A DNA stretch of 59,938 nucleotides from assembly GCA_044356215.1 (NCBI GenBank), contig JBIKWQ010000009.1, positions 1 through 59,938 of the forward strand, in the 5' to 3' direction. Below, piece by piece: positions 31,142 through 41,770 of the stretch; position 1 is the first letter of the stretch, and every line of letters begins with the position of its first letter. Source of the stretch: Bdellovibrionota bacterium (GTDB lineage Bacteria > Bdellovibrionota_C > UBA2361 > OMII01). The position numbers were made by a program, and so were the translations under genes. Below the pieces are notes generated by a model. The model saw nothing but the letters and a program-made list of their open reading frames with translations. It had not been told where the DNA came from and did no database searches.

Positions 31142-34100
31142 TCATGCCGCCATCGGCCAATCTCTAAACGAGCTTTCAGCCTGTTCAATAATCTTAGCTA
31201 CAAAATCGTCCAGATGCTCGGCTTTAACTCCTCGTGTACGCAGCACACGCTTCACCGCAGCTCTCACCTGTGCCTTGACATCATCCCTATGGGGCTGTGT
31301 CCAATCCGGCTTAGCGTTCCTTTTGACCGATTGCACAACATCATGCACAAGGTCACGCAGGAACTCATTCGAGTACACCTTACCCGAAGCCGCTGCTACA
31401 GCATCGTAAAATGCTACCTCGTCCGGCTCTAATCCTAAATCATTTGCTCTCTTATCTGATGCTTCCATATCCTTCCTTATTTGGAGCATCGCCTGTATCA
31501 CTGCCGCTGCATCGATCAGACGTGCATGATACTTATCGAGAGTTTGTTCTAAAAGTTGTCTGAAGCTCTTGGCTTCAGAGAGATTTTTGCGCCTTCGCGC
31601 CTGAATCTCATCGTTTAAAAGCCGCTCTAGGAGTTTCAATCGTAAATTCTGATGGGGGCGATTTTTGAACGTTTGCAGGAAGTCATCATCAAGGATCGAT
31701 ATATCGGCCTTCTCGATACCGGCAAGTTTGAAGATATCGATAACCCCGTGGGTCTCAACCGACTCATCGATCAAGTCCTTTATCGCTTTCTCTATCCGTT
31801 GCGGTGTAGCACCGCGTGGCAGGGTCTTTTGAAGCTCCTTTCGTATCCTCTGGAAGTACAGAATCTCATCAGCGTGAGCCATACACTCAGGGATATGCTT
31901 TACAAGGAGCAGGGCGGTGCTCAGCCGCTTTTCCTCATGAAAAAAAGCGTCCCGTTGTGCATCAGTTAAGGTCAAGTGTGCCAGCACCTCGCTGCTTAGG
32001 TCCTCTAAATCGACCTTGGGGAGCTTCTTCCATCCGGTATAATCCTTTCCTTGAGGCATTAAGCCCCGAACAGCATCAAGCGCCTCAAAGAATACCATCC
32101 GAGCCTGGCCATTTATCTCCGGTGCAGGATCGCCCTTGCCCCCATTCTTGGTGTACTTTGAGGTAGCGTCCCGAAGTTCATCGCCAACCCCTATGTAATC
32201 AACGATAAGGCCGTGAGGCTTATCGCTAAACACCCGATTCACCCGCGAGATAGCCTGGATAATGTTGTGGCCCTTCATCGGCTTGTCGATGTAGAGGGTG
32301 TGAAGGCACGGGATATCTGTTCCCGTAAGCCACATATCACGAACGATCACAATTTTGAGCGGATCGTTCGGGTCTTTCATCCGCTCTTTAATGGACTCGC
32401 GCTGTTGCTTAGAGGTGATATGCCCCGCTTCGCTCCAGGCAGGAGGGTCCTTCGAGAGATCGCCCGTCATGACGATCTTAACCTCCGGGCAATTTGGTAG
32501 AGCCATGAGTGCATCGTAGAGCTTCACGCAGTTTTCGCGGCTCATACACACCACCATCGCCTTACCTGAAAGGGTGGCGCTTCTGTCGCAATAGTGAGTA
32601 AGTAGGTCCTTGGCTAACTCATCGATCCGGTCTTTAGCTCCCGCCGCTTGGGCCATAGCCGCCCAGCGACTCTTACGACGCTCTAAGTCGTCGATATCTG
32701 CCGTCGAGGTTATCTCCTCCAGCGCCTCATCTACATCAGCCTTCGCGAGTCCAAGCTTAATCTGTCGAGGGAGATAGAATATCTTAACGGTCGCCCCATC
32801 GCTCTGCGCCTGGGCGATATCGTAGGTGTGGATAACGTTACCGAATACCTCCTCAGTATCAGCACCGTGCAGCGATACAGGGGTGCCGGTAAAGCCGAGC
32901 CGTTTGGCGTTAGGTAGTGCCTCTGAGAGGTAGCGAGCGTAACCCTTTAAGAACCCGTACTGTGATCTATGGGCTTCATCCGCGATAATGATGATGTTCT
33001 TTCGGGTTGAAAGAACGGGATGCGAAACCTCGCCTTTTTCATCTTTAAGCTGAAACTTCTGCATCGTGGTGAAGATAAGCTCACCACCCTCGCCCCTAAG
33101 AAGCGATCTCAGCTCATCGATACTGCCAGCATGATTGGCGGTGCCGACGAGCCCACGAGCTGCAACGAATTGATCGTAGAGCTGCTTATCAAGGTCGGTT
33201 GCATCAACCTCAATCACGATAGTCGGGTTCTCAAGCTCCGGAAGCCGCCGCAATATCCCCACCAGGAACGCCATACTAAGGCTCTTCCCTGAGCCGGTCG
33301 TGTGCCAGATAACCCCAAGCCGCTTATCAGAGGGGGCAGTAAAACTCGTCTTGGCTTTATCCACCGCCTTTTTGACCGCGAAGAACTGATGATACTTAGC
33401 GGCTTTCTTAGTGATCTTTTCGTTAGCGTTTTCAAAGACCACGAAATCACGGATGTAGGCAAGGAGCCGCTCCTTTGGAAACAAGCCCTCTATCAAGGTC
33501 TTCATGCTGCCGATGTATGAGCCGACGATCTTTTCGCCATCGATGGACTTCCACGGGGCAAACCATTCGAGCGTTGCTGTCCATGTTCCATGTAGCGTTC
33601 CTTTGCGCTCTTCGTCCTCTAAGTCTTCGGCTTCTGGCTCAAAGTGATTGCCATCAGAAATGACGGTAAGGCAGTTGTAGTCGAATATCTTGGGGATAAG
33701 ACTTGTGTAGTGCTGCACCTGATTGAAGGCATCCTGAACGGTCGTCTCTGGTCGCCACGGGTTTTTAAGTTCAAAGAGCACTAACGGAAGGCCATTTACG
33801 TAGATCAGGATATCAGGCCGCCTGTCGTTCGCCCCTTCCTGGATCGGGAGCTGGTTTACTACCTCAAAGGTGTTCTGTTGAGGTTCGTCCCAGTTGATAA
33901 CGTAAATGTGGCGCTTCTCGGTTGGTTTCCCCGGCTTTTCCACAGAGATCTCAAAGCCGCGAGTAAGGAGACGGTGGAACTCCATGTTGCGGCGCAGGGT
34001 ATCGACGCCGGAGGGCCGGCTTATGGTGCCGATAGCTTCCTTGAGAGAGGCTTCCGGGAGATCGGGATAGCACGAGAGTAGGTGGCTCTTCAGAGTGTCG

Positions 34101-34222
34101 ATAAAGACGACCTCTTGGTGATCCCGTTCGAGGTAGTCGCCTCGGATATGGCGGTATTTGAGTCGTTCAAGCCGCTCGATGGTTGTTTCCTCGAATTCGG
34201 ATTCGGAGCCGGTGCGGTTCAT
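31142..34222 (-). CDS. hsdR: Type I restriction endonuclease subunit R
   Basis: 'RPDILIYVNGLPLVLFELKN', 'WHTTGSGKS', DEAH, 'GFTGTP', 'QAISRVNR'. Confidence 0.96.
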   Translation of the reverse strand: MNRTGSESEFEETTIERLERLKYRHIRGDYLERDHQEVVFIDTLKSHLLSCYPDLPEASLKEAIGTISRPSGVDTLRRNMEFHRLLTRGFEISVEKPGKPTEKRHIYVINWDEPQQNTFEVVNQLPIQEGANDRRPDILIYVNGLPLVLFELKNPWRPETTVQDAFNQVQHYTSLIPKIFDYNCLTVISDGNHFEPEAEDLEDEERKGTLHGTWTATLEWFAPWKSIDGEKIVGSYIGSMKTLIEGLFPKERLLAYIRDFVVFENANEKITKKAAKYHQFFAVKKAVDKAKTSFTAPSDKRLGVIWHTTGSGKSLSMAFLVGILRRLPELENPTIVIEVDATDLDKQLYDQFVAARGLVGTANHAGSIDELRSLLRGEGGELIFTTMQKFQLKDEKGEVSHPVLSTRKNIIIIADEAHRSQYGFLKGYARYLSEALPNAKRLGFTGTPVSLHGADTEEVFGNVIHTYDIAQAQSDGATVKIFYLPRQIKLGLAKADVDEALEEITSTADIDDLERRKSRWAAMAQAAGAKDRIDELAKDLLTHYCDRSATLSGKAMVVCMSRENCVKLYDALMALPNCPEVKIVMTGDLSKDPPAWSEAGHITSKQQRESIKERMKDPNDPLKIVIVRDMWLTGTDIPCLHTLYIDKPMKGHNIIQAISRVNRVFSDKPHGLIVDYIGVGDELRDATSKYTKNGGKGDPAPEINGQARMVFFEALDAVRGLMPQGKDYTGWKKLPKVDLEDLSSEVLAHLTLTDAQRDAFFHEEKRLSTALLLVKHIPECMAHADEILYFQRIRKELQKTLPRGATPQRIEKAIKDLIDESVETHGVIDIFKLAGIEKADISILDDDFLQTFKNRPHQNLRLKLLERLLNDEIQARRRKNLSEAKSFRQLLEQTLDKYHARLIDAAAVIQAMLQIRKDMEASDKRANDLGLEPDEVAFYDAVAAASGKVYSNEFLRDLVHDVVQSVKRNAKPDWTQPHRDDVKAQVRAAVKRVLRTRGVKAEHLDDFVAKIIEQAESSFRDWPMAA

Positions 34223-34266
34223 GCTATGCGTTTCTCCGCCTTATTTTTGATCGGCACTTCATATCC

Positions 34267-34788
34267 TCACGACCCCTGCAAATGAAACTTGACGTTAAGA
34301 TTCCTCAACATCGTGTAAAGATCTTGAGTCTGCACACCGAACTGATTGCATACGTCCGGTAATTTTATGGAGGTTTTCGAGGCGGGGGCTGCTTGTTCGT
34401 TAGTAACAACGATGGCTTTGCGGCACCGGGCGTAGGCCACCAGCCATCCGTCAGCACCCTGAGCAAATTTAGCCTTAGCGAAATCAGCGAATTGCGAATT
34501 TCTTTGAACCCATAGCATTATCTCGCCGTATTGATTCGCTATTTCAGCGTCATCAACTTCCAGAAAAAAAGATCCAGGAAGCGTAGCACTCACCCACTGG
34601 TAGAGATCCTCAGTCTTTCTCCCAGCTAACAGCTCGTTCTTTACTCTGCTGACGCTAAAGACGGATCTCCGCGCATGATTTTCAATAATGCTACTCCAAA
34701 ATCCCGGACAGATATCGAAGGCGTAATACAGATTCTTAGCCGTAATAAAAACATCAGAATCGACAATGTAGATCGGAGAGCTGCTCAT
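34267..34788 (-). CDS. DUF4411-family PIN-like protein
   Basis: 'YIVDSDVFITAKNLYY.FD..PGFW', 'ADGWLVAYA', 'VVTNE', 'IKLPDVC'. Confidence 0.88.
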   Translation of the reverse strand: MSSSPIYIVDSDVFITAKNLYYAFDICPGFWSSIIENHARRSVFSVSRVKNELLAGRKTEDLYQWVSATLPGSFFLEVDDAEIANQYGEIMLWVQRNSQFADFAKAKFAQGADGWLVAYARCRKAIVVTNEQAAPASKTSIKLPDVCNQFGVQTQDLYTMLRNLNVKFHLQGS

Positions 34789-35936
34789 GACTGCTCTCCT
34801 GTGACTTGTTTGACGTAACGTTGAAATGTACCGTCCTTCAGACCGGTTAGGTCGTACGCTGTTTGAAAGCCGATGCGTCCCTCCATCGCGGCGTTGTACA
34901 CTCGCATCACGAAAAACTCTCCTACGCGAGTGTTCTGCGTATTGTAGAAATCACCGCCGCCCTTTTCCGGTTTACGCAAGAAATCTCTCTCCGTGTACTC
35001 ATTGTAGAAATCAAAAAATTCATCTCGGCTAATAAGCTTCAAATCTACTGCGCGACGACCTGCTACAATCGGACTCACTTTAAAATGTCGTGCAAGAACC
35101 TCGAATCGATCTTTAGTTCGCTTCAGGTCGTTCCATCGTAATCTAAGCTCTTTTGCTGGAATCAAAAATTCAGCGGCAGCTTTATTGCACCACTCCTCCA
35201 CATCTTCACCACCAGGGAAAAGGCTTTCAAAGCCGGAGATTCCCTCTTTTCCAAGCCAAATATGGGCCAATTCGTGCGCCAAGGTGAACATCTGGGCGGA
35301 CTTAGCATCCCTACCATTCACAAAGATGAGAGGTGCATACGGGTCACTTAGCGCAAATCCTCGAAATTCATCGACGCTCAATTGCCTGTGGGTATCGTTC
35401 CCAACAACCCCGTTAATGACCGCCATGACCCCCATATTTTCAATCGCACGACGCAAAGCACTGACCGCCCCCTGCCACGTTTGAACCTGCGCCATGAGGT
35501 TATTCTCAAGCCCTACAAGTCTACGCATCTCATGAGCTACCCCTTCAGCATCATCAGAGAGGCGAGCACTTCCGACAAAACCAAGCGGCTCAGAACCCTC
35601 TTCAATGAGAAAATCTTTGAGCCAGGCCTGACGCTGTTGCATTGCGTAAATGGTGTTGAGCAATTCAGGGCTGGCTGTGCGCTCCTTTGTCTTTGTCGTC
35701 GTACGAAAATCAGGTAGTGGTAGTGGCTCTTCCGGCGGTGCTGGCAAGAAAAAGTAACCGAAAGGCGTATGAGTTGCCTTAGCAAAATCCTCAAGCTGCT
35801 TAAAAGTTGGGGATGCCTCACCACTCAGCCAGGTTTCGATCTGCTTAAAGCGTTTGGCGAGGTTAGTTCTTTCTATGCCAGAGCGACGACAGGCCCAGAG
35901 GAGTAGTTTGGGATTGATGGGGAGTTTGGTGGTCAT
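34785..35936 (-). CDS. XRE-HTH plus ImmA/IrrE (COG2856) metallopeptidase
   Basis: N-terminal HTH 'PTFKQL', 'LPDFR', 'FRGFAL', HExxH in 'FTLAHELAH', 'E.WCNKAAAEFL'. Confidence 0.92.
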   Translation of the reverse strand: MTTKLPINPKLLLWACRRSGIERTNLAKRFKQIETWLSGEASPTFKQLEDFAKATHTPFGYFFLPAPPEEPLPLPDFRTTTKTKERTASPELLNTIYAMQQRQAWLKDFLIEEGSEPLGFVGSARLSDDAEGVAHEMRRLVGLENNLMAQVQTWQGAVSALRRAIENMGVMAVINGVVGNDTHRQLSVDEFRGFALSDPYAPLIFVNGRDAKSAQMFTLAHELAHIWLGKEGISGFESLFPGGEDVEEWCNKAAAEFLIPAKELRLRWNDLKRTKDRFEVLARHFKVSPIVAGRRAVDLKLISRDEFFDFYNEYTERDFLRKPEKGGGDFYNTQNTRVGEFFVMRVYNAAMEGRIGFQTAYDLTGLKDGTFQRYVKQVTGEQS

Positions 35937-37231
35937 GCGGCGGTGGGCTCCTCGATAGTCACAGCTTTAGAGGTGCTATATTGATTTTCTCCAGAGAAAA
36001 GCCGAGGTAGGAGCGCGTCCCGCATATTTCTGAGAAGCGACGACTCATGCAGCTTATGTGTGAGCAAACTACGAAATCCACCGACTATTTGATTAAATCT
36101 ACCTACAAGCTCTTTGGGCGGCAGCGGGGTTTTTGCGGCTGTTATGACTTGTGCGTTCATATTCCTCTGCACCGTGCCGCTCATAGCTCCTTCCGCATAC
36201 TCACGATAGGCCGCTGAACGCAAGAAATAAAACGTAAAATATTGATACTCCGAATCTGCGATCAAGCGAACAAGATATGAGGCAAAAATAGCATCTTCGT
36301 CGCTCTCAACAATGCCAGCCTTGCCAGGATCGGCCATCCTCGATACTAGAATATCCCCCTTTTTAAGAGCATAACGAGCTTTATCCTCAGGCTTAATCTG
36401 ACAGCGAGGAACGTCATCCCATTCAATCCACGGGTTTTTATTCATGTCCGTGATTCGCAATAACTTTGTGGGGAAAATATCAGAATCTGCGGCGGAGGTC
36501 GTATACCCGTATTGGGTCGAGCAAAACTCTGAAAGAGCAGCTACCCTCCACCCCTTCGGCACCGCCCCCAAATCCGACTCCTCAAACGAATCCGGAAAAA
36601 GCGCCGCAATCTCATCGCTCATGCCAAAAGGCTTCCTGCCCTCTGATTTAGCGACAACAGGGTCGAAGTCAACGAACCAGGATTTGAAGAGGGTTTGGGA
36701 CATCTCTTCGAGGGTGCGACAACAGGCAGCATTCGCTTCAATTTTATTGTCGAAGGAGCGCAAAATATCAGCCATCTGATTTTGCACATTCAAAGATGGG
36801 AGATCTAGTTCCACGTCTGTGAGTGCGACTGCGCTGGCATTCGGCTGAGCTGAGCCTCCCAATATCGATTCGATATGCTCCGAGTATGCAGGGCTTTGAA
36901 GAAAGTAGTGTATGAAGAACGGATTAACGTCTTTCTTGACTTGTATTCTTATTAGGTACGATGCAAAGACAGCTCTTGGTGGCGATGTAATTATGGTGTT
37001 CCATCCGGTGAAAGCACCGGTTCTCGCAATTACCAAATCACCATCTTGAAGAGCATATTTGCTCTCGTCATTCTCTGAAATATCTACATAGGGAGTGGTC
37101 TCCCAATCAAGAATGGACTCTCGGATATCCGTAATACGGAGGAATCTTGGTCCGGAGCCAACGGCAGTCGCGCTGGCGGTAAACCCATACTGGATATTTC
37201 TGCAGAGATCTCGGAGGTTCACTCTTTTCAC
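35933..37231 (-). CDS. hsdS: Type I R-M specificity subunit S
   Basis: Two TRDs separated by the conserved 'LFKSWFVDFDPV...FPDSFEES.LG.VP.GW' spacer; C-terminal 'RDALLPRL.SG'. Confidence 0.94.
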   Translation of the reverse strand: MKRVNLRDLCRNIQYGFTASATAVGSGPRFLRITDIRESILDWETTPYVDISENDESKYALQDGDLVIARTGAFTGWNTIITSPPRAVFASYLIRIQVKKDVNPFFIHYFLQSPAYSEHIESILGGSAQPNASAVALTDVELDLPSLNVQNQMADILRSFDNKIEANAACCRTLEEMSQTLFKSWFVDFDPVVAKSEGRKPFGMSDEIAALFPDSFEESDLGAVPKGWRVAALSEFCSTQYGYTTSAADSDIFPTKLLRITDMNKNPWIEWDDVPRCQIKPEDKARYALKKGDILVSRMADPGKAGIVESDEDAIFASYLVRLIADSEYQYFTFYFLRSAAYREYAEGAMSGTVQRNMNAQVITAAKTPLPPKELVGRFNQIVGGFRSLLTHKLHESSLLRNMRDALLPRLFSGENQYSTSKAVTIEEPTAA

Positions 37232-38847
37232 AAGTCACCTCCCAAGCAATTTAACGATTTTCTGAGTTGCTGTGTTAGCTGGTCTCCGTCGCCCAACTGT
37301 TTCTCCAGAAGAAGTCGCAACCTCGGCCACCTCTCCTCAAACGGCTCATCCTCATCATCACCTTCAGCAGCACCGACATACCTTCCAGGAGTAAGCGCAT
37401 AGCGATGCTCCTTTACCTCATCGAGTGTCGCCACTTTACAGAACCCCGGCACCTCAGCCGGATCTCCTATCTTCTTAAACTCCCGATATACCGCAGCGAT
37501 CTGCTCAACCTCTTCGTCAGATAGCTGCTTCTGCTTCCGACTTCCTGGAATCAGCGCCCCAAGCTTACGCCCATCAATAAAGAGTATCTTCCCCTTCCGG
37601 TTTCGGAATCCGCCAGCACCACCGCGATTTCTCGATATAAACCAAAGGCAGCACGGGATCTGGGTGTTCGCAAAAAGCTGTCCCGTTAGCTGTACAACAC
37701 AATCCACATAGTCCCGCTCAATAAGGGTCTTTCGGACCTCAAGACGGTTAATCTCGCCGTTCGACAACTCCCCTGTTGCCATAACAAATCCAGCCGTTCC
37801 CCGTGGGCTCAGGTGATTGAGGAAGTGAAGCATCCACATGCTGTTTGCGTTCTTTGCCGCCAGCGGAAGCTTTACTCCATCGACATCCAATCGAGGGTCG
37901 TCGTTTGTAATGCGGTGAGCGCCCCAGCCACCTTCTGATTTTGAGCCATCATTAAAGGGTGGATTGGCGATGATGTAATCGGCTTTGAGTGTCGCGTGCT
38001 TGTCGTTGTCGTACGAACTTCCGATCTCAATCTTGCCATCAAGCCCATGAATGAAGAGGTTCATTCGGCAAAGACGATAGGTAAAATCCTTGGTCTCCTG
38101 ACCGAAGAACGAGAGCTGTTTATTGTGCTTGGTAAATAGATCCGATTGCACGAACATACCGCCCGACCCGCAGCACGGGTCATAAACACTTCCGTGCGTC
38201 GGTTCAAGCATCGCTACGAGAGTCTTTACGATTGAGACAGGAGTAAAGAACTCCCCACCACGCTTTCCTTCGGAGTTTGCAAATTCGCCGATGAAGTATT
38301 CATACACACGGCCAATAAGATCCTCTCCGTTGTCACTTAAACGGAAAACATCCTTCGAGAATAGGTTAATGAGACCACGTAGACCTTCGGCATCAAGGTT
38401 CGACCCTGCATAGATTCGAGGAAGAAGCCCCTTTAACTTGTCAGGATAGGTATCCTCAAGAACCTGCAAGATATCATCGAGCTTAGTCTTGATATCATCT
38501 GCAGGAGCCACTTTAATTATACTCGCCCATCTCGCAGCTTCTGGAACTATAAAAGCGCCACCAGCGCGATACTCATCCGGATCTGCCAAGACATCAGCTC
38601 TAATTTTAGCGTCCTTAGTGTGATAATCGCTCGTTGGATCATCAAGCAGCCGCTCAAGTTCAAGCCGTCTATGATCGTATCGGAGCGACAAGAACCTGAG
38701 AAATATAATCGGTAACACATATCGCTTATAGTCTGCTGGTTCGATTGATCCTCGAAGTGAAACGGCTGCTTCCCAAAGCTCGTTTAACAGGTCTTTAATT
38801 CCCCCATTCTTCTTTTCTTCTGCTTTGTCTTTCTTTTTTCCCGCCAT
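37228..38847 (-). CDS. hsdM: Type I R-M methyltransferase subunit M (m6A type)
   Basis: 'LWEAAVSLRG', 'GEFFTP', 'YDPCCGSGGM', 'ANPPFN', 'LTPGRYVG'. Confidence 0.96.
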   Translation of the reverse strand: MAGKKKDKAEEKKNGGIKDLLNELWEAAVSLRGSIEPADYKRYVLPIIFLRFLSLRYDHRRLELERLLDDPTSDYHTKDAKIRADVLADPDEYRAGGAFIVPEAARWASIIKVAPADDIKTKLDDILQVLEDTYPDKLKGLLPRIYAGSNLDAEGLRGLINLFSKDVFRLSDNGEDLIGRVYEYFIGEFANSEGKRGGEFFTPVSIVKTLVAMLEPTHGSVYDPCCGSGGMFVQSDLFTKHNKQLSFFGQETKDFTYRLCRMNLFIHGLDGKIEIGSSYDNDKHATLKADYIIANPPFNDGSKSEGGWGAHRITNDDPRLDVDGVKLPLAAKNANSMWMLHFLNHLSPRGTAGFVMATGELSNGEINRLEVRKTLIERDYVDCVVQLTGQLFANTQIPCCLWFISRNRGGAGGFRNRKGKILFIDGRKLGALIPGSRKQKQLSDEEVEQIAAVYREFKKIGDPAEVPGFCKVATLDEVKEHRYALTPGRYVGAAEGDDEDEPFEERWPRLRLLLEKQLGDGDQLTQQLRKSLNCLGGDL

Positions 38848-39068
38848 AGTTTACCGTTATAACTTTAGTATCTGAGGCTCCGCAAGATAAGGTAGGAGGT
38901 GTTCCACTGGGTGAAACACTCCTCGCCACTCGTCTTAGCGAGATACCCCTCCTTTAGGCTTTTTAAGGTCTTACCTCAGGTCGTTGATTCAATTATTTTG
39001 AGGAGAGACGAACGTCCCATGCCATTAATAATGATCTCGACCTGTTGCCCTAGTATAGCCAAATTAAG

Positions 39069-39986
39069 CTAGCCCCATAAGGAAGAGCGCATAACCAGGT
39101 CCGAGGCTAAATTAGCTACGTTATCCTCCAGACCTTCCTCCGACTTAAGCCTCACCGCTCCTGCAGGTAGCCTTCCCCACCAAACATAGCACCAGGCGGT
39201 ACGAATCTTCCCTCTATCAACTGTACCAGCCCACACTGGAGTTCGGAATATACCGCTCCTCTGAGAATCATTAGGAAGGGCGCAGATCGCTCGGTCTATT
39301 TCCGCGAGGGTATTTGTAGGATCCATCAAAAATCCGGACTCTGCAGCAATTAGGTTTCCCCCTCGACTCGCCAATCGAATAATTGTCTGACCTCGCCACT
39401 GATACCTGTGTCCGAAAAGCTCCAGCATCGCCGACCGATCCTCCCGCCAACCAGGAAGATGTGCAGCTAACTTGCAACCTATCGCCAGGGGCTCGAATGT
39501 CATGAGCGGTCTTTCAAACCAAGTAGGTTTGGCCGCCGCGGCAGCGTCAAGTGACCAGTCAGATAAGCCAACTTTCTTGTATCCTTCTCTAACAATCGCA
39601 AGGTAACGCTCAGAGGGCGGTACGAAAGTCTTCCTGTACTCCTCGCGTACTTCAAAAAAAGCCACTAGAATCCTATTACCGCTATCAGTATAAGCCCATT
39701 CCTCACGGGGGATGTAAGGCGATCCCTCTTTTCTCCTTATGACCTCAAACAGCTCTCTGTCAATCATGCTAACCGCCCCTATAACCGTGGCGCCTATGCG
39801 AGGCCTTACATCTAAAACGCCCCCGCCTCTGGACTGTGATTGGTAAGTAAACGCCAGTTCGCGATCAGGCAGAATTGCGTGACAAATCGGCTTCGGCATT
39901 TCCATCTGAGTCACCTCATAAAAATCACTTTCATTAGTGTTTGAACCATACGAGAAGTACGCTATTTTTTGTGTTTGTTTATTCAT
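39069..39986 (-). CDS. Gamma-glutamylcyclotransferase (GGCT/AIG2)-like protein with two domains
   Basis: 'YFSYGSN', 'RKEG', 'PSERYL..V.EGY'; a second, degenerate domain ending 'AWCYVW'. Confidence 0.75.
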   Translation of the reverse strand: MNKQTQKIAYFSYGSNTNESDFYEVTQMEMPKPICHAILPDRELAFTYQSQSRGGGVLDVRPRIGATVIGAVSMIDRELFEVIRRKEGSPYIPREEWAYTDSGNRILVAFFEVREEYRKTFVPPSERYLAIVREGYKKVGLSDWSLDAAAAAKPTWFERPLMTFEPLAIGCKLAAHLPGWREDRSAMLELFGHRYQWRGQTIIRLASRGGNLIAAESGFLMDPTNTLAEIDRAICALPNDSQRSGIFRTPVWAGTVDRGKIRTAWCYVWWGRLPAGAVRLKSEEGLEDNVANLASDLVMRSSLWG

Positions 39987-40022
39987 AAATAATCTCCATC
40001 AGCTATTCAGCTACCAAATCCT

Positions 40023-41756
40023 CTACTCCCAAAACTTTCTCTGTCTTTCCTCAATCTCCGTTCGCATCCGATCTATTTTGACCTGGATGTCATGAATTTT
40101 CAGATGTTCCTCATCAACTTTTCTTACCTCCTCGAAACTGGCAAGCGGAATCGGCAACTCCCACAAATCCTGCGCTGAGAGGGTCTGCATTCCACCGTGC
40201 TTTTGTTTGCTCTTCATCAACTTCTGACCGACTTCTGACTTTAAAAAGTGAAATAGATATCTTTCTGATAATCTGACTCCCTCGCCAACTAAACGCAAAA
40301 CGACAAAAACCTGCCCCGGAAACCAAACTCCGTCATGCGGAGGAACAAGTGCCACATGACCAACTGTCCCCTTTACAGACAAGAGTATGTCTCCAGGCAT
40401 GAGCTTGACTTTTCCAGCTTTGTAGATTTGCTCTCGATTAATCGTGAATCTCTTCGCGGGTGCGCGAATATCGCCAATTTCCGTGATATCCGAGATGGCG
40501 ATCTCACGAACTTCCTCGCTCCCATTTGGGTCTTCACTCAAGACTGGAGGACGAATTACTTCAACCAGACTTCCGAGTTCTGCCGAACTCCTCTTGGCGA
40601 AAAAATCCTCGACCTGTTTGTTCAACTCAGTAGATAGATACCGTGATGGATCCATATTGAAGAGATTTTTCTCGATCTCGGACAAATCGACTGTTCTAAA
40701 AAGATCCCCATCGATGCCATTTTTAAAGGCCTCTACAAGAACTTGCATAGCTTTATCGTGTCCATAAAGTTTTGACATCTCAGCTACATCCGCCATGAAT
40801 ATTCCATCTCGCGGCTCACAATGATCACCTGCTAAGACAAGTATAATTGCGGGCAGGCGTGAACTAGTAAAAGCTCCTATCGGGAGCTTTATTATCGCCT
40901 CTATTGCCCGCTTACCTACCAGCTCACGCTTAAACTCGCGCTCGTGAGATGTGGTACGAGATAAGCTAGCTGCTGGTAACATCACCACTGCCCGCCTCCT
41001 GGCGCTCCTCTTAGCGTGCAAAATGGCCAAATTCTCGAAAAATTTGCCCCGATAAATGTACTTTGCCGCAAGCTCATCTGCCTTCTCTGGTCTTACCTTG
41101 AAACCGAATGGGGGAATAGAAAAAACAACATCATGAATTTCTGCGCCCTGCTTTTCTAGGATCTCCTCTGCATGCAAGCTTGATGTTTCTATCTTCAAGC
41201 CAAATAGCGCGCCGTAGAGGGTTGCGATGAGATTATTATCCGTTTCATCCACCGATACAGATGCATCGGCGTGGTTGATGCTTTCAACCACATCAAAGGC
41301 CGGAGTGAAAACGCAGCTAACTTCCTCCCCTTGCTGTATATCTCCCATCGCCACGCATAGACGGCTAGCATTTTCCGATATGAAACGACTCAATTTATCA
41401 GAGCGGTTGTATTCACGAGCCTCATTCCATAAGGACATGAGATAAGAACGATCCTCTGCAAGCTCCTGTGCTAACTCTAGAGTCCTACCAATAGCATCAT
41501 CACTGACAAATCGACTAACTTGAAGCTCTTTGCTAAGCACGTCTGGTAAGTTATCGGCGAGGCTGTTCAAAAATTCAAAAGCCGATCTACTACCCCTGGT
41601 GAACTGCGAAGACCCTGCTTTACGAACTGCTGCACATACAACTAGAAGGAACAGATGCGAATCATGTAGTGCTATCTTACTCCGCAATTCGTCGATTAGC
41701 TTCGATATCCTCCACTGCAAAGATTTCGGCATTTCTTTTTGTTTGATCTCATTCAT
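40023..41756 (-). CDS. Degenerate N6-methyltransferase fold fused to an HsdS-like TRD
   Basis: 'VVFSIPPFG' at the NPPF position; 'RAVVMLP..SL.RT..E..F..EL', 'IEAIIKLP.G.F', 'NMDPSRY'; C-terminal TRD 'GDILLSVKGTVG', 'YLFHFLKS', 'LPIPL'. No DPxxGxG SAM motif seen. Confidence 0.75.
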   Translation of the reverse strand: MNEIKQKEMPKSLQWRISKLIDELRSKIALHDSHLFLLVVCAAVRKAGSSQFTRGSRSAFEFLNSLADNLPDVLSKELQVSRFVSDDAIGRTLELAQELAEDRSYLMSLWNEAREYNRSDKLSRFISENASRLCVAMGDIQQGEEVSCVFTPAFDVVESINHADASVSVDETDNNLIATLYGALFGLKIETSSLHAEEILEKQGAEIHDVVFSIPPFGFKVRPEKADELAAKYIYRGKFFENLAILHAKRSARRRAVVMLPAASLSRTTSHEREFKRELVGKRAIEAIIKLPIGAFTSSRLPAIILVLAGDHCEPRDGIFMADVAEMSKLYGHDKAMQVLVEAFKNGIDGDLFRTVDLSEIEKNLFNMDPSRYLSTELNKQVEDFFAKRSSAELGSLVEVIRPPVLSEDPNGSEEVREIAISDITEIGDIRAPAKRFTINREQIYKAGKVKLMPGDILLSVKGTVGHVALVPPHDGVWFPGQVFVVLRLVGEGVRLSERYLFHFLKSEVGQKLMKSKQKHGGMQTLSAQDLWELPIPLASFEEVRKVDEEHLKIHDIQVKIDRMRTEIEERQRKFWE

Positions 41757-41770
41757 ATTCGCGCTCTCCT

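Noticed and set aside
31076..36779. Many plus-strand ORFs opposite the hsd operon
   Set aside because: Antisense shadows of long real genes with no recognisable motifs.
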